64,000 nucleotides of DNA from a bacterium (lineage in GTDB: Bacteria; Bacillota; Sulfobacillia; UBA995): contig JAVHLP010000008.1 in the NCBI GenBank assembly GCA_031082145.1, positions 8,818-72,817 on the forward strand, written 5' to 3'. Shown here piece after piece: positions 9,479 through 18,532 of this stretch. The number at the start of each line of letters is the position of its first letter. Positions within the stretch are counted from its first letter, which is position 1. A program made the translations under genes and the position numbers. Under the pieces are notes generated by a model. It was given only the letters and a program-made list of their open reading frames with translations. It was not told where the DNA came from and searched no databases.

Positions 9479-10761
9479 GGGTGGGCTTGCTCCGCGGCGC
9501 GGAAGGCGAGATCTCGCTCTCCCGGTTGGCCTGCCGGCGGCTCGACTTCTCCCCCGGCTCTCCGGTGCGCCTGCGGGCAGGCGTGAAGACGACCGAAGCC
9601 CGGATCCGGGCCGGCGCCCGGCCGGGGCATATTTTGCTCGCCCCCGACGTCCGGCAGGCACTCGCGCTGCCGGTGGGTCTTCGCCTGAACCTCTGGCGGA
9701 ACCGGGAAGGCGTCCTGCGCCTGGGCCCGCTGGTAGCAGTCCTGACCTTCCGCGGCACCAGCGGGTGGCGCTGGGGGCCCCAGACCCCATTCGTCCTGGC
9801 GGTGACTAGGCGGGGCGGTTCCGCCGGGGTGGTGGCTTATCTTCTCATGCCAGGGCGGATCGACTGGGAGAACCTCACCGCGCGGGGTACCTACCGGCAG
9901 CGGGGCCGCTGGCGGGGGGCCGTTCTACCCCTGCCCGACGTGGTCTACGACCGCGTATCCAGTCGCCGTCACGAAGGCCTGCCGGAGGTGGCGGAGGCCC
10001 GGCGCCGGCTGGCCGAGGTCGTGCCGGCGGGTTATTTCCCCCCATCTTTCCTGGGCAAGCTCGAAGCCCATAACCTGCTTGCGAGCAGCCCCCGGTTGGC
10101 TCCCTACTTGCCGGCCACCGAGCCGTTCAGTGTCGATAACCTGGAACGGATGCTCAGCCAGTACCGGGTGGTCTACCTGAAGCCGGATGGCGGCAGCCTG
10201 GGACGAGGTATCATCCGGGTGCGGCGGTTGCCCGGCGGGCGGGTGGCCTTCCGCTTCGCCCGGAGAGGCGGGGGGAGGGCCCGGTCGCCCCAGGCCCTGG
10301 CCAACCGCTTGAAAACCCTCGGCCAGCGGCCTTACCTCATCCAACAAGGTGTCCCGGTGGCCACCTGTGGCGGCCGCGTCTACGATGTCCGGGTCTTGGC
10401 CCAGAAGAATAGCCAGGGGCGCTGGCGCGTCACCCGCCACTACGCCCGGGTCGCGCGCCGGGGAAGGGTGGTCTCCAATATCTCGCGAGGAGGGACCGGG
10501 CTGGGAACCTGGCGAGTAGTTCGAGACGCGGGCGCCCGGCAGACCATCCTGCAACTCGGCCAGGATGTCCCCCCGGCGCTGGAGGCGGCTCTGGGCCAAC
10601 CCCTGGGAGAACTGGGCGTCGACCTGGGAGTAACCCGGGATGGGCGGGTCTTCATCATCGAGGTTAACGCCAAGCCCTACCGCGAGACCTGGGGCTGGGG
10701 TTCCGGGCCGACCTTCCGCTATCCCCTGGCCTACGCCCGGCACCTGGCCCGGCAGACCTGA
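9466..10761 (+). CDS. YheC/YheD-family ATP-grasp amide ligase
   Basis: LPDVVYDR, YLKPDGGSLGRGI, DVRVLAQKN and GELGVDLG...IEVNAKP; ATG at 9466 after GGAGG. Confidence 0.9.
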   Translation: MARLRVGLLRGAEGEISLSRLACRRLDFSPGSPVRLRAGVKTTEARIRAGARPGHILLAPDVRQALALPVGLRLNLWRNREGVLRLGPLVAVLTFRGTSGWRWGPQTPFVLAVTRRGGSAGVVAYLLMPGRIDWENLTARGTYRQRGRWRGAVLPLPDVVYDRVSSRRHEGLPEVAEARRRLAEVVPAGYFPPSFLGKLEAHNLLASSPRLAPYLPATEPFSVDNLERMLSQYRVVYLKPDGGSLGRGIIRVRRLPGGRVAFRFARRGGGRARSPQALANRLKTLGQRPYLIQQGVPVATCGGRVYDVRVLAQKNSQGRWRVTRHYARVARRGRVVSNISRGGTGLGTWRVVRDAGARQTILQLGQDVPPALEAALGQPLGELGVDLGVTRDGRVFIIEVNAKPYRETWGWGSGPTFRYPLAYARHLARQT

Positions 10762-10770
10762 GGGGGGACC

Positions 10771-12150
10771 ATGGGCAAGCTCTTCTTACATGCCGAAGAC
10801 GACCCGGGTGGCGAGGAACTCGCCGGCCGGCTCAGCCAGCTGGGCTTCGCCACCGGCACCCGGCCCGGAGACGCCCGGTGGGACGTCCTCGTACGCTGGG
10901 GCCACCTGGGAGGCGAGGACAACTACCCCCTGGTGCTGAACGAGCGCCAGGCTCTCGAGGACCTCTCCTCCCGTGTCCCGGCCTGCCTACGAGCAAACCG
11001 GGTGCGAGTCACTTCGGCGATGGGCGGGAGGGGCCGCTACCGGGTATTTGCCTGTAACCTCCGATCCCTGGCCGTGTACCGGCGCACGGCTCGGGGCTAT
11101 GCCCGGCTGCGCCGCCGGCTCGCGCGCATACGCCGCCGCGCCGTCCGGTCCCTGCACTTCCTGGGACTTGACTTCGGGGCCGTGGATCTTACCGCCGGGG
11201 GCTACGTCTGCGGCGTGGATCCCTCCCCCTCGCTTCCATCCGACCTGGCTGGCCCCTTTGCCCGGGCCCTGGCCGACATGGCGAACGAACTGGAGAAACT
11301 GGCCCAGGCTCGCCGGGCGGGTGACCACCGCCGGTCGGCCGTGCTGGGGGCCGACCCCGAGTTCATGCTGATCAGCCGGCGGACAGGGCGCATGGTCCCG
11401 GCCTCGATCTTCTTCCCACGTTTCGGCTTCGTGGGTTGCGACGAGCGGGCGGTCTGGACCCCTCGTATGCGCCGCGCCCTGGCCGAGATCCGGCCGCGGC
11501 CGCGGGCTGATCCGCGGGAACTGGCGGGAGCCATCCGGGATGGTCTTCGCCGGGCCCTGCGCCGGACCGCCCGGCGGCGGGTCATGGGAGTGGCGGGGAA
11601 CATGCCCGTCCGGGGGTTCCCAACCGGCGGCCACATTCACTTCTCCCGCTGCCGTCTGGGCAGCCGGTTCCTCCGAGCCCTGGACAACTACCTGGCGCTC
11701 TTACTCCTGATGGTGGAGAACGCGCATACCGCTCGCCGCCGGCGGCGCCGCTACGGTTACCTGGCCGATCTGCGGTCCAAGCGGCACGGCTTCGAGTACC
11801 GGACCCCCGGCAGCTGGCTGGTGTCCCAGGACGTTGCCAACGGGGCACTCTGCCTGGCCAAGGTGATCGCCGACGACCACGACTGCCTGAAGGCGGCTCC
11901 CTTGCGTGACCCCGCCCTGGTAAGGGCCTTCTACCAGTGCGACAAGGCAATCCTGGGCCGGGTTGTGCCCTCGCTGTGGCGGGACCTCACCCTGGCCCCC
12001 TCCTACCCCCTGTATCGCCAGGAACTGGAGACCTTCCGAACCCTTATCGAGAGCGGCTGGGAGTGGGGGGAGCGGAGCGACCTTCGCCGCACCTGGGGCC
12101 TGATGCCGGCCGCCTCCACCCGCTCCCGCCGCCGTCGTCGCCGTCGCTAG
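10771..12150 (+). CDS. Putative amidoligase (phiEco32-like COOH-NH2 ligase type 2)
   Basis: GADPEF, GCD, AEIRP, GGHIHF and HGFEYRT motifs; ATP-grasp remnant LGLDFGAVD; poly-Arg C-terminal tail. Confidence 0.85.
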   Translation: MGKLFLHAEDDPGGEELAGRLSQLGFATGTRPGDARWDVLVRWGHLGGEDNYPLVLNERQALEDLSSRVPACLRANRVRVTSAMGGRGRYRVFACNLRSLAVYRRTARGYARLRRRLARIRRRAVRSLHFLGLDFGAVDLTAGGYVCGVDPSPSLPSDLAGPFARALADMANELEKLAQARRAGDHRRSAVLGADPEFMLISRRTGRMVPASIFFPRFGFVGCDERAVWTPRMRRALAEIRPRPRADPRELAGAIRDGLRRALRRTARRRVMGVAGNMPVRGFPTGGHIHFSRCRLGSRFLRALDNYLALLLLMVENAHTARRRRRRYGYLADLRSKRHGFEYRTPGSWLVSQDVANGALCLAKVIADDHDCLKAAPLRDPALVRAFYQCDKAILGRVVPSLWRDLTLAPSYPLYRQELETFRTLIESGWEWGERSDLRRTWGLMPAASTRSRRRRRRR

Positions 12151-15100
12151 CGAAGCCCCGCGTGCCGCCCCAGCGAGTCGGCGGCCCGCAGGGCCCAGTT
12201 CACCCGCTCGGCAAGAGCCTCCTTGGCCGATACCTCCACCAGAAAAGCGTGGACGCCCAGGAACTCCCCGGCGGCCCGGGCCAGGCTCCCCCGCACCGGC
12301 GGGCGAAGCGCCGTCCAGCCGGCCAGAGGCTTGCTGGCCCAGCCGTTGAGATCGGTGACCATGGCGTTGGCGAGCTGGGCCGTACCCGTGTTGGCGTGGT
12401 AGATCACGGTCTGGCCGAACTCGCCCTTCCCCGCCTTGTAGTAGTCGGCTCCCTCGATGAATGTGATGAGATGGGTCACCTTGTGCCTCCCGAGACTCTG
12501 CCAGATAGCTGTGGCCAGGGCTTCGCTGGGAGTCTCCCCCTTGGCCTGCGGGAAGGCCCGGTTGAGGTCACCTTCGCCGGGGGCGGTACGGCTCCCGAGC
12601 TCTACCGCCAAGCGGTTGGCCTGGGGCAGCAGCAAGATGACCCCCTTGGCCGGTAGCTGAGCGGCTTCCAGTAGTGACCCGACAGCCGTAGGGCTCCATT
12701 TCTCATCCCCCCGGATGCCGCCGGCCAGCATCAGCACCGGACCCGGCTTGCCACTGTCCAGCCGGTAAAGCGGAGTGGCGTCCTTGGTCCCGGCGGCCAG
12801 CCATTCGACGGTGACTCCGGGGGGCAAAGACGGCGGAGGGGGAGCCGGGTAGGCGGGCGCGGCCATGCCCAGGGCAACCAGCAAGCCGTCCACCGCCCGG
12901 GCTCCCTGCTCGGCCCGGCCGGCCAAACTCTCTTTCCGGCAGAGTTCCACCAGGAAGGCGGGAATCCCCGCCACCTCCCCCGCGGCCCGCGCCAGGCTGG
13001 TCGGGACGGGATTGCGCAGGGTGGTGAAGCGGGGCAAGGACTTCTCGATGATCTGGTTGGCTGCGACGACCATGGCACCGGCCAGGGGTTCGGCCTTGGT
13101 TACGGGGAAGTAGATCAGAGTCTGGCCGAACTCACCGGTCCGGGCCAGGTAGTAGTCGTTCCCTTCCACAAAGCTGACCACGACGTCCGCCGCCCGGGCC
13201 AGGTCCCAGATGGCCCGGGCCAGGGCGGTGGAAGGAGTCTCGCCGGCCGCCCGGGGGAAAGCCCGGTTGAGGTCGGATCCCCCCGGCGCCGACCGGGTGC
13301 CGGCCGCCAGCGCCGGGCGGTTAGCCTCCGGCAGCACCAACAGCCGGCCCTTGCTTACCTCGCAGTCGGCAATCAGGCGGGCAGCTTCCACCCCGCCCGG
13401 CTCATCACCTCGTAAGCCGCCCACCACCAGCACGGTGGGGCCGGGCTGGCTCCCATTGTACACGTGGAGGGGGGTGGCCTGCGAAGTACCCGGTAGCAGG
13501 GTGTGGGTCTCCCGGGGAGACGGGCCTGAGCTCTTCGGCTTCATGCCCAACTGGACGAGAAGAGAGTCGGCGGCCCGCAGGGCCAGGTCAACCCGGGTCT
13601 CCACCGGCTCCCGGGAGCACAGATCCATCAGTATGGCCTGGGCCCCCAAGAAGTCCCCCGCCGCCCGGGCCAGGCTCCCCGGCGCCGGGTTCCGCAAGGT
13701 GGTGAAACGGGCCACCTCGGCCAGGATGACGGAGTTGAGGTCGGCCGCCATGCCGGCAGCCAGCCCGGCCACTCCGGACGGACCGGCATGGATCAGGGTG
13801 TGCCCGAAGTGTCCGGTCTTCCTCAGGTAGTAGTCGGGGTCTTCGGTGAAAGTGAGCACGTACTGGACCGCCTGGTCCTGCATGGCCCCCCAGATCGCCC
13901 CGGCCAGTTCGTCGGCCGGGCGTCCGGGCTCGCGGGGGAACAAGCGGTTCAGGTCTTCGCCACCGGGAAACGCCCGCTGACCCAGGTCCAGGGCCAGCCG
14001 GTTGGCTCCCGGCAGCACCAGCAGCCGTCCCTTGTCCACTCGCAGGTCACGAGTTGCCAGGGCGGCCAGCACGGTCGCCGGCGCGTCTCCCCGGAGCCCA
14101 CCGGCGATCATGACCGTGGGACCGGGCTGCCCGCTGTCCTGGATGTACAGGGGCGTCGCCAGAGGGGTCCCGGCCAGCAGAACCTGGCGGGTCATCCCCG
14201 GGCCAAGGTCGGGGGGTGGTGGCGGCAGGTAGACCCTTTCCCTCATACCCAGCCGGGCCAGCAGCGAGTCGACCGCCCGGGCCCCGTCGACGGCCCGGCC
14301 GTCCAGTGGCTCCCGGGCCGACAGCTCGATCAGGAAAGCCCGTATGCCGAGGAGTTCACCGGCGGCGCGGGCCAGGCTGGTCGGCACCGGGTTCAGCAGC
14401 ACACTGAAGGCCGCCAGGTTGCGGTCATAGCCCAGGTTCAGGTCAAGCGCCATCCCGTCGGCCAGCACGCTGGCCCCGGGGACGGGGTAGTAGATCACAG
14501 TCTGTCCGCACTCACCGGTCCGCGCCAGGTAGTAGTCGGCTCCCTCCACGAAGGTGACCAGGTGGTTCACCTGGTAGCGCCGGACAACCTGCCAGATGAC
14601 AGTCGCCAGGGCCCCTTCGGGCCGGTTGGCGGTAGTCCGGGGGAAAGCCCGGTTCAGGTCCGCCTCGCCGGGCGCGGTGTGGCTGGCAGCCGCGATGGCC
14701 TGGGGATTAGCCTCCGGCAACACCAGCAGCGTCCCCGAGGTGACCGCGAACTGCCGCACGAGTCCGGCCGCCGCCACCCCGCCGGGTTCGTTGCCCCGCA
14801 GGCCGCCGACCACCATCACCACGGGACCCTCCACCCCGCTATCGTAGGCGAAAAGGGTGGTCTGATCAGGGTGCTCCTCGAGCAGGGTGACCAGGTTCAA
14901 ACCCGGTCCCAGGTCGGGGAAATCGGCCCCCCAGTCATCGTCGTCGTCCCATGCGGGTGGGTCGTCACCGGGAGGAACAGACGTCGGCGGCCCTCCCGCG
15001 CCCGCCATGCCGAGCTCGCGGAGGTAGATCTCTACCATCTGTATCTGGTAGCCGATGCGGGTGGACAGGGCCAGCCGCTGCGATGTCTCGAAGATGGCGG

Positions 15101-15779
15101 AGTTCACGCCGAGATACGCCCCTGTGGCCCGGGCGATGCTGCCCGGCACCGGATAACTGATCAGGGTGAACTTGTGCAGGTTGACGCTTATGCCCTGGTT
15201 GATCTCGCGCACGGCCAAGCGACCCAGCTCGGTGTTCACCGTCCGGGGATAGTGAATGAGGGTCTGCCCCACTGAACTGGTCTTGGGGTTCTTGTAGAAG
15301 TCCGCGGCCTCGTGCAGGTCGAGGTACCAATCCACGTTGAACTCCTTGAAGACGTTCCAGATCTCGAGGGCGATGGGCCGGGTGGGATCGGTGTTGGCGC
15401 TCTGGGGGAACTGCCGGTTCAGATCGAAACCCAGGACCGGGCAGGTACGCTTCCGGGCGGCCACCGCCGGCCGGTTGGCCTCCGGGATGACGATGAAGGT
15501 CCCAGCCCTGATATCGCGGTCGACAAACGTCCAAGCTGCCCTCCAGCCCGCAGTCTCGTTGCCATGCACTCCCCCGGTGACCATGAAGACGGGGCCGGGG
15601 TCGGGGCCCCGGATGATGTACAGGGGGGTCTCGTAGCGGGTACCTTTGGCCAGGTACCTGATTTCTACCGTGCTCTCTGCCCGGGTCGGCGATGGCAGGC
15701 ACACGGACACCAGAGGAGCGAGTACCAGCAGGCAAACCAGTAACTGGCTTAGCCTGCGCCGGAGGATGGAGTTGGGCAC
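12147..15779 (-). CDS. Exported protein with five tandem M14/AstE-AspA-like peptidase domains (first intact, four degenerate)
   Basis: Signal-peptide-like N-terminus. Domain 1 has HGNE, DLNRQF, DLHE and FET. Four further repeats carry (L/I)RG(N/D)x and DLNR(A/L)F. GTG at 15779 follows GAGGTG. Confidence 0.85.
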   Translation of the reverse strand: MPNSILRRRLSQLLVCLLVLAPLVSVCLPSPTRAESTVEIRYLAKGTRYETPLYIIRGPDPGPVFMVTGGVHGNETAGWRAAWTFVDRDIRAGTFIVIPEANRPAVAARKRTCPVLGFDLNRQFPQSANTDPTRPIALEIWNVFKEFNVDWYLDLHEAADFYKNPKTSSVGQTLIHYPRTVNTELGRLAVREINQGISVNLHKFTLISYPVPGSIARATGAYLGVNSAIFETSQRLALSTRIGYQIQMVEIYLRELGMAGAGGPPTSVPPGDDPPAWDDDDDWGADFPDLGPGLNLVTLLEEHPDQTTLFAYDSGVEGPVVMVVGGLRGNEPGGVAAAGLVRQFAVTSGTLLVLPEANPQAIAAASHTAPGEADLNRAFPRTTANRPEGALATVIWQVVRRYQVNHLVTFVEGADYYLARTGECGQTVIYYPVPGASVLADGMALDLNLGYDRNLAAFSVLLNPVPTSLARAAGELLGIRAFLIELSAREPLDGRAVDGARAVDSLLARLGMRERVYLPPPPPDLGPGMTRQVLLAGTPLATPLYIQDSGQPGPTVMIAGGLRGDAPATVLAALATRDLRVDKGRLLVLPGANRLALDLGQRAFPGGEDLNRLFPREPGRPADELAGAIWGAMQDQAVQYVLTFTEDPDYYLRKTGHFGHTLIHAGPSGVAGLAAGMAADLNSVILAEVARFTTLRNPAPGSLARAAGDFLGAQAILMDLCSREPVETRVDLALRAADSLLVQLGMKPKSSGPSPRETHTLLPGTSQATPLHVYNGSQPGPTVLVVGGLRGDEPGGVEAARLIADCEVSKGRLLVLPEANRPALAAGTRSAPGGSDLNRAFPRAAGETPSTALARAIWDLARAADVVVSFVEGNDYYLARTGEFGQTLIYFPVTKAEPLAGAMVVAANQIIEKSLPRFTTLRNPVPTSLARAAGEVAGIPAFLVELCRKESLAGRAEQGARAVDGLLVALGMAAPAYPAPPPPSLPPGVTVEWLAAGTKDATPLYRLDSGKPGPVLMLAGGIRGDEKWSPTAVGSLLEAAQLPAKGVILLLPQANRLAVELGSRTAPGEGDLNRAFPQAKGETPSEALATAIWQSLGRHKVTHLITFIEGADYYKAGKGEFGQTVIYHANTGTAQLANAMVTDLNGWASKPLAGWTALRPPVRGSLARAAGEFLGVHAFLVEVSAKEALAERVNWALRAADSLGRHAGLR

Positions 15780-15861
15780 GGGTCCACCTCTTTCTTCTCG
15801 CCCCAAGACAAGGCGTTATGAGGTCAAACGCCCAGCTCGGGATGATTATGGTGGACCGCCC

Positions 15862-15887
15862 ATTCGCCGGCAGGCTTGGCATCTCCT
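15862..15887 (-). promoter_or_regulatory. SigH-like promoter (AGGA-N18-GAAT)
   Basis: Matches the Bacillus SigH consensus spacing; lies upstream of the five-domain M14 gene. Confidence 0.5.
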
Positions 15888-15966
15888 GCCTGCTCTAGCA
15901 GGTATTTTGTGGCACTTATGGCAGCATAGCTGCGGATCCGCTTGCCAGAAGGGGTTGCACCGACTC

Positions 15967-15996
15967 AAAGAAGAAGCCGCGCCTTAAGGGCGCGGC
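15967..15996 (-). terminator. Intrinsic terminator
   Basis: GCCGCGCC/GGCGCGGC stem followed on the minus strand by TTCTTCTTT, just after the 16025 stop. Confidence 0.7.
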
Positions 15997-16024
15997 CGGA
16001 GAGGAAAAGGGCAGGTGCGGGGGG

Positions 16025-16804
16025 TTAGCGGCCCGACATGCCCAGTTCGCGCAAGAAGATCTCCACCACCTGCACCTGGTAGTTAATGCGGGTGGCCAGG
16101 GGCAGTTCGCGCGAGGTCTCCATGATGTAGGAGTTCACCCCGAGATAGTCGCCTGCGGCCCGGGCAATGCTGCCCGGAACCGGGTAGTTCAGCAGGGTGA
16201 ACTTGTGTAGCCGGCGGCTGATCCCCTGGTTCAGCTCCTGAACGGCCAGGTTGCCCATCCGGGTGGCGGTGGGGCCGGGGTAATGGATCAGGGTCTGGCC
16301 GATGGAATCCCGCTTCGGATCGTTGTAGAAGTACACCGCCTCGTGCAGGTCCACGAACCACTCGACCCGGTAGTCGGTGAACACGCTCCAGATCTCGCGG
16401 GCGATGAGGCGGGTGGGGCTGGCGTTAGGACGGGTGGGAAAAGCCCGGTTCAGATCAAAGCGTCCGTCCGGGCACAGTCGAGTCCGAGCTCCCACCGCCG
16501 GCCGGTTCGCCTCGGGAATGACGATGAAGGTGCCAGCCTGGATCTCGCGGTCAGCGAATCGCCCGGCCGCCATCCAGCCGGCGAGCTCGCTGCCGTGCAC
16601 TCCTCCGGTGATCAGGAACACGGGACCGGGGGCGAGGCCCCGGATGATGTACATGGGAGTCTCGTAGATGGAGCCAGCGGCCAGGTACCTGACTTCCACC
16701 GTGCTCCCCGCCCGAGCGGCCGACGGGACCGGCAGGAGCAGGGTCAACGCCAGCAGGGAGACCACCATCAGGCTGGCCCTGGGGCTGACTACTGGGCTGG
16801 ACAC
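16025..16804 (-). CDS. Single-domain exported M14/succinylglutamate desuccinylase-like peptidase
   Basis: HGSE, DLNRAF, DLHE and MET motifs intact; clearly paralogous to domain 1 of 12147..15779; signal peptide present. Confidence 0.88.
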   Translation of the reverse strand: MSSPVVSPRASLMVVSLLALTLLLPVPSAARAGSTVEVRYLAAGSIYETPMYIIRGLAPGPVFLITGGVHGSELAGWMAAGRFADREIQAGTFIVIPEANRPAVGARTRLCPDGRFDLNRAFPTRPNASPTRLIAREIWSVFTDYRVEWFVDLHEAVYFYNDPKRDSIGQTLIHYPGPTATRMGNLAVQELNQGISRRLHKFTLLNYPVPGSIARAAGDYLGVNSYIMETSRELPLATRINYQVQVVEIFLRELGMSGR

Positions 16805-16879
16805 AAATCCACCTCCGCCTCGACTCGCCCCCGGCGGGCGTACATACGCCCAGCTTGGGGCTGTTTTGGTGAATCGCCC

Positions 16880-16905
16880 ATTCGGCGGCAAGGCTGGCAT
16901 CTCCT
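16880..16905 (-). promoter_or_regulatory. SigH-like promoter (AGGA-N18-GAAT)
   Basis: Same motif and spacing as 15862..15887. Confidence 0.5.
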
Positions 16906-17023
16906 GTCTCCGAAGGCAGGTAGATTATGCAAGACAGCTAGGCATCGCCGTATGCGGAACCCGGGCAAGGGAAACCGCGGGCGAGCGCAGAAGCGAGACT
17001 GGCTCCTGGAGGCGGGTGAACCC

Positions 17024-18532
17024 ATGAAGGCCAAACGTCCTCGCACCCTCCCGGCGGCGACGGCCCAAGCGGCCGCGCCGGACCCGCCCGTGCTCGTCCT
17101 CGACCTGGGTACCGCCAGCTTACGGGCAGTGCTGGTGGACTCCAGGGGGCGGGCGGGCCACCCCGTGTCACGGCCCTGGGCCGGCAGCCTCCCCGGATCA
17201 TCGCCCGGGCTCATCTGGCGCTACCTGTGCTCGGCCACCCGCGAGGTACTGGACCGGGCAGGTGTCGATCGAGTCGCGGCGATCACCGTCACCGGCCGTC
17301 CGGACGGCCACGTCCTGCTGGACGGGCGGGGCCGGGAGATCCCGCAGGTACCCGACCCGGGCTCACCCCGTGTTCCCCCGGAGGTGAGCGCCCGAGCTTA
17401 CCGGCTCACCGGGCACCGGTCCAGCGCCGCCAGGGAGCGGCTATGGTGGCTGGGACGGGAGCGTCCTGATGTCCTGAAGCGAGCCGCCTGTTTTCTAACT
17501 CTCCCCTCTTGGGTGGTGTTCCGGCTGGCCGGCGAGCCACTGGAAGAGCCCTCGCTGGCTTCGTCCTCGGGTCTCGTGGAGCTCTCCCGTCCCGCCTGGT
17601 CCACCGGCATGTTCGACGAACTGGGGCTCCCGCCCCGGATCGCCCCCCCGCTGGTGCGTGCGGGCCACCGCCTCGCCCTCAGGCCGGGTGCTGCCCGTCA
17701 CCTGGGGATCGCCGCAGGCACGCCGGTGGTGGTGGCCGGAGCCGGATCCCGGTGCGCGGCCGCGGGGTGCGGCGGGCCGCCGGAGAACGAGGCGGCTGCC
17801 ATCCTGGGAGCCACCGCCGTCGTTCAGGTGGCTCTGGATCACCCGGTCACCGCACCCCGCCGGCACCTCCCCGCCGGCCACCACCTGGAGCCGGGACGCT
17901 GGGCTCTGGATAGCCCGGCGGGTCCGGCCGGCCTGGTCTGGGAGTGGTTCAACGAGGCCTTCGGCCCTTCCAGCGGCGACCTGGCCTGGCGATCGGGGCT
18001 CTCGGACCACCAGTGGCTGGAACGCGAGGCCGGCCAGAGCCCCCCCGGTAAGGCCCTCGCTCACCTGGGGCCGACCGTCTGGGGCGAGAGGCGGTCGGAT
18101 CGCCTGGCTCTGGTCTTCCCCGATGGCCCGCCCCCGCCGGTGAGCCGCGGGGCCTTCGCCCGGGCCATCCTGGAGAGCATCGCCTGCGCCGTCCGGGGAA
18201 ACCTGGAGCAGTTGGAGGAGGCGACCGGCGAGGTGGTGAAAACCGTGCGGGTTGGCGGGGGGATGCTCCGCAGCCGGCTGCTCGTCAGCATCGTGGCAGG
18301 GATCACCGGCCGGTCCGTGATCCCCGCCCCCACCCCGGAGACAGCGGCCGTGGGGGCCGCCGCCTGCGCGGCGACGGGCCTGGGGTGGCACTGCTCGGTG
18401 GCTGCGGCCATCGGGGTTATGACCGCCCCGGGTCCACCGATCCCCCCCGACCACGAATCAGGTGCGTACGAAGACCTCTACCGGCGCTGGCGGGAGTTTG
18501 GTGGCCGGCGGCGGCGGGAGGGGAGGGGTTGA
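17024..18532 (+). CDS. FGGY-family carbohydrate kinase (divergent)
   Basis: LDLGTASLRA, RAILESIA, VGGGMLRS and ETAAVGAA; ATG at 17024 after GGAGGCGGGTGA. Confidence 0.85.
   Translation: MKAKRPRTLPAATAQAAAPDPPVLVLDLGTASLRAVLVDSRGRAGHPVSRPWAGSLPGSSPGLIWRYLCSATREVLDRAGVDRVAAITVTGRPDGHVLLDGRGREIPQVPDPGSPRVPPEVSARAYRLTGHRSSAARERLWWLGRERPDVLKRAACFLTLPSWVVFRLAGEPLEEPSLASSSGLVELSRPAWSTGMFDELGLPPRIAPPLVRAGHRLALRPGAARHLGIAAGTPVVVAGAGSRCAAAGCGGPPENEAAAILGATAVVQVALDHPVTAPRRHLPAGHHLEPGRWALDSPAGPAGLVWEWFNEAFGPSSGDLAWRSGLSDHQWLEREAGQSPPGKALAHLGPTVWGERRSDRLALVFPDGPPPPVSRGAFARAILESIACAVRGNLEQLEEATGEVVKTVRVGGGMLRSRLLVSIVAGITGRSVIPAPTPETAAVGAAACAATGLGWHCSVAAAIGVMTAPGPPIPPDHESGAYEDLYRRWREFGGRRRREGRG

Noticed and set aside
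13788-15275. Long antisense or alternative-frame ORFs (e.g. 13788..15275+, 22969..24879-, 46237..47874-, 33414..34535+)
   Set aside because: These are shadow ORFs of well-supported genes, expected in high-GC DNA, and show no recognisable motifs.
15828-16906. c-di-AMP or c-di-GMP riboswitch, or leader peptides (MPSLPANGR / MPALPPNGR), in the shared M14 leaders
   Set aside because: Riboswitch consensus blocks are absent. AGGAG abuts the ATG with no spacer and is better explained as the -35 element of a SigH-like promoter.
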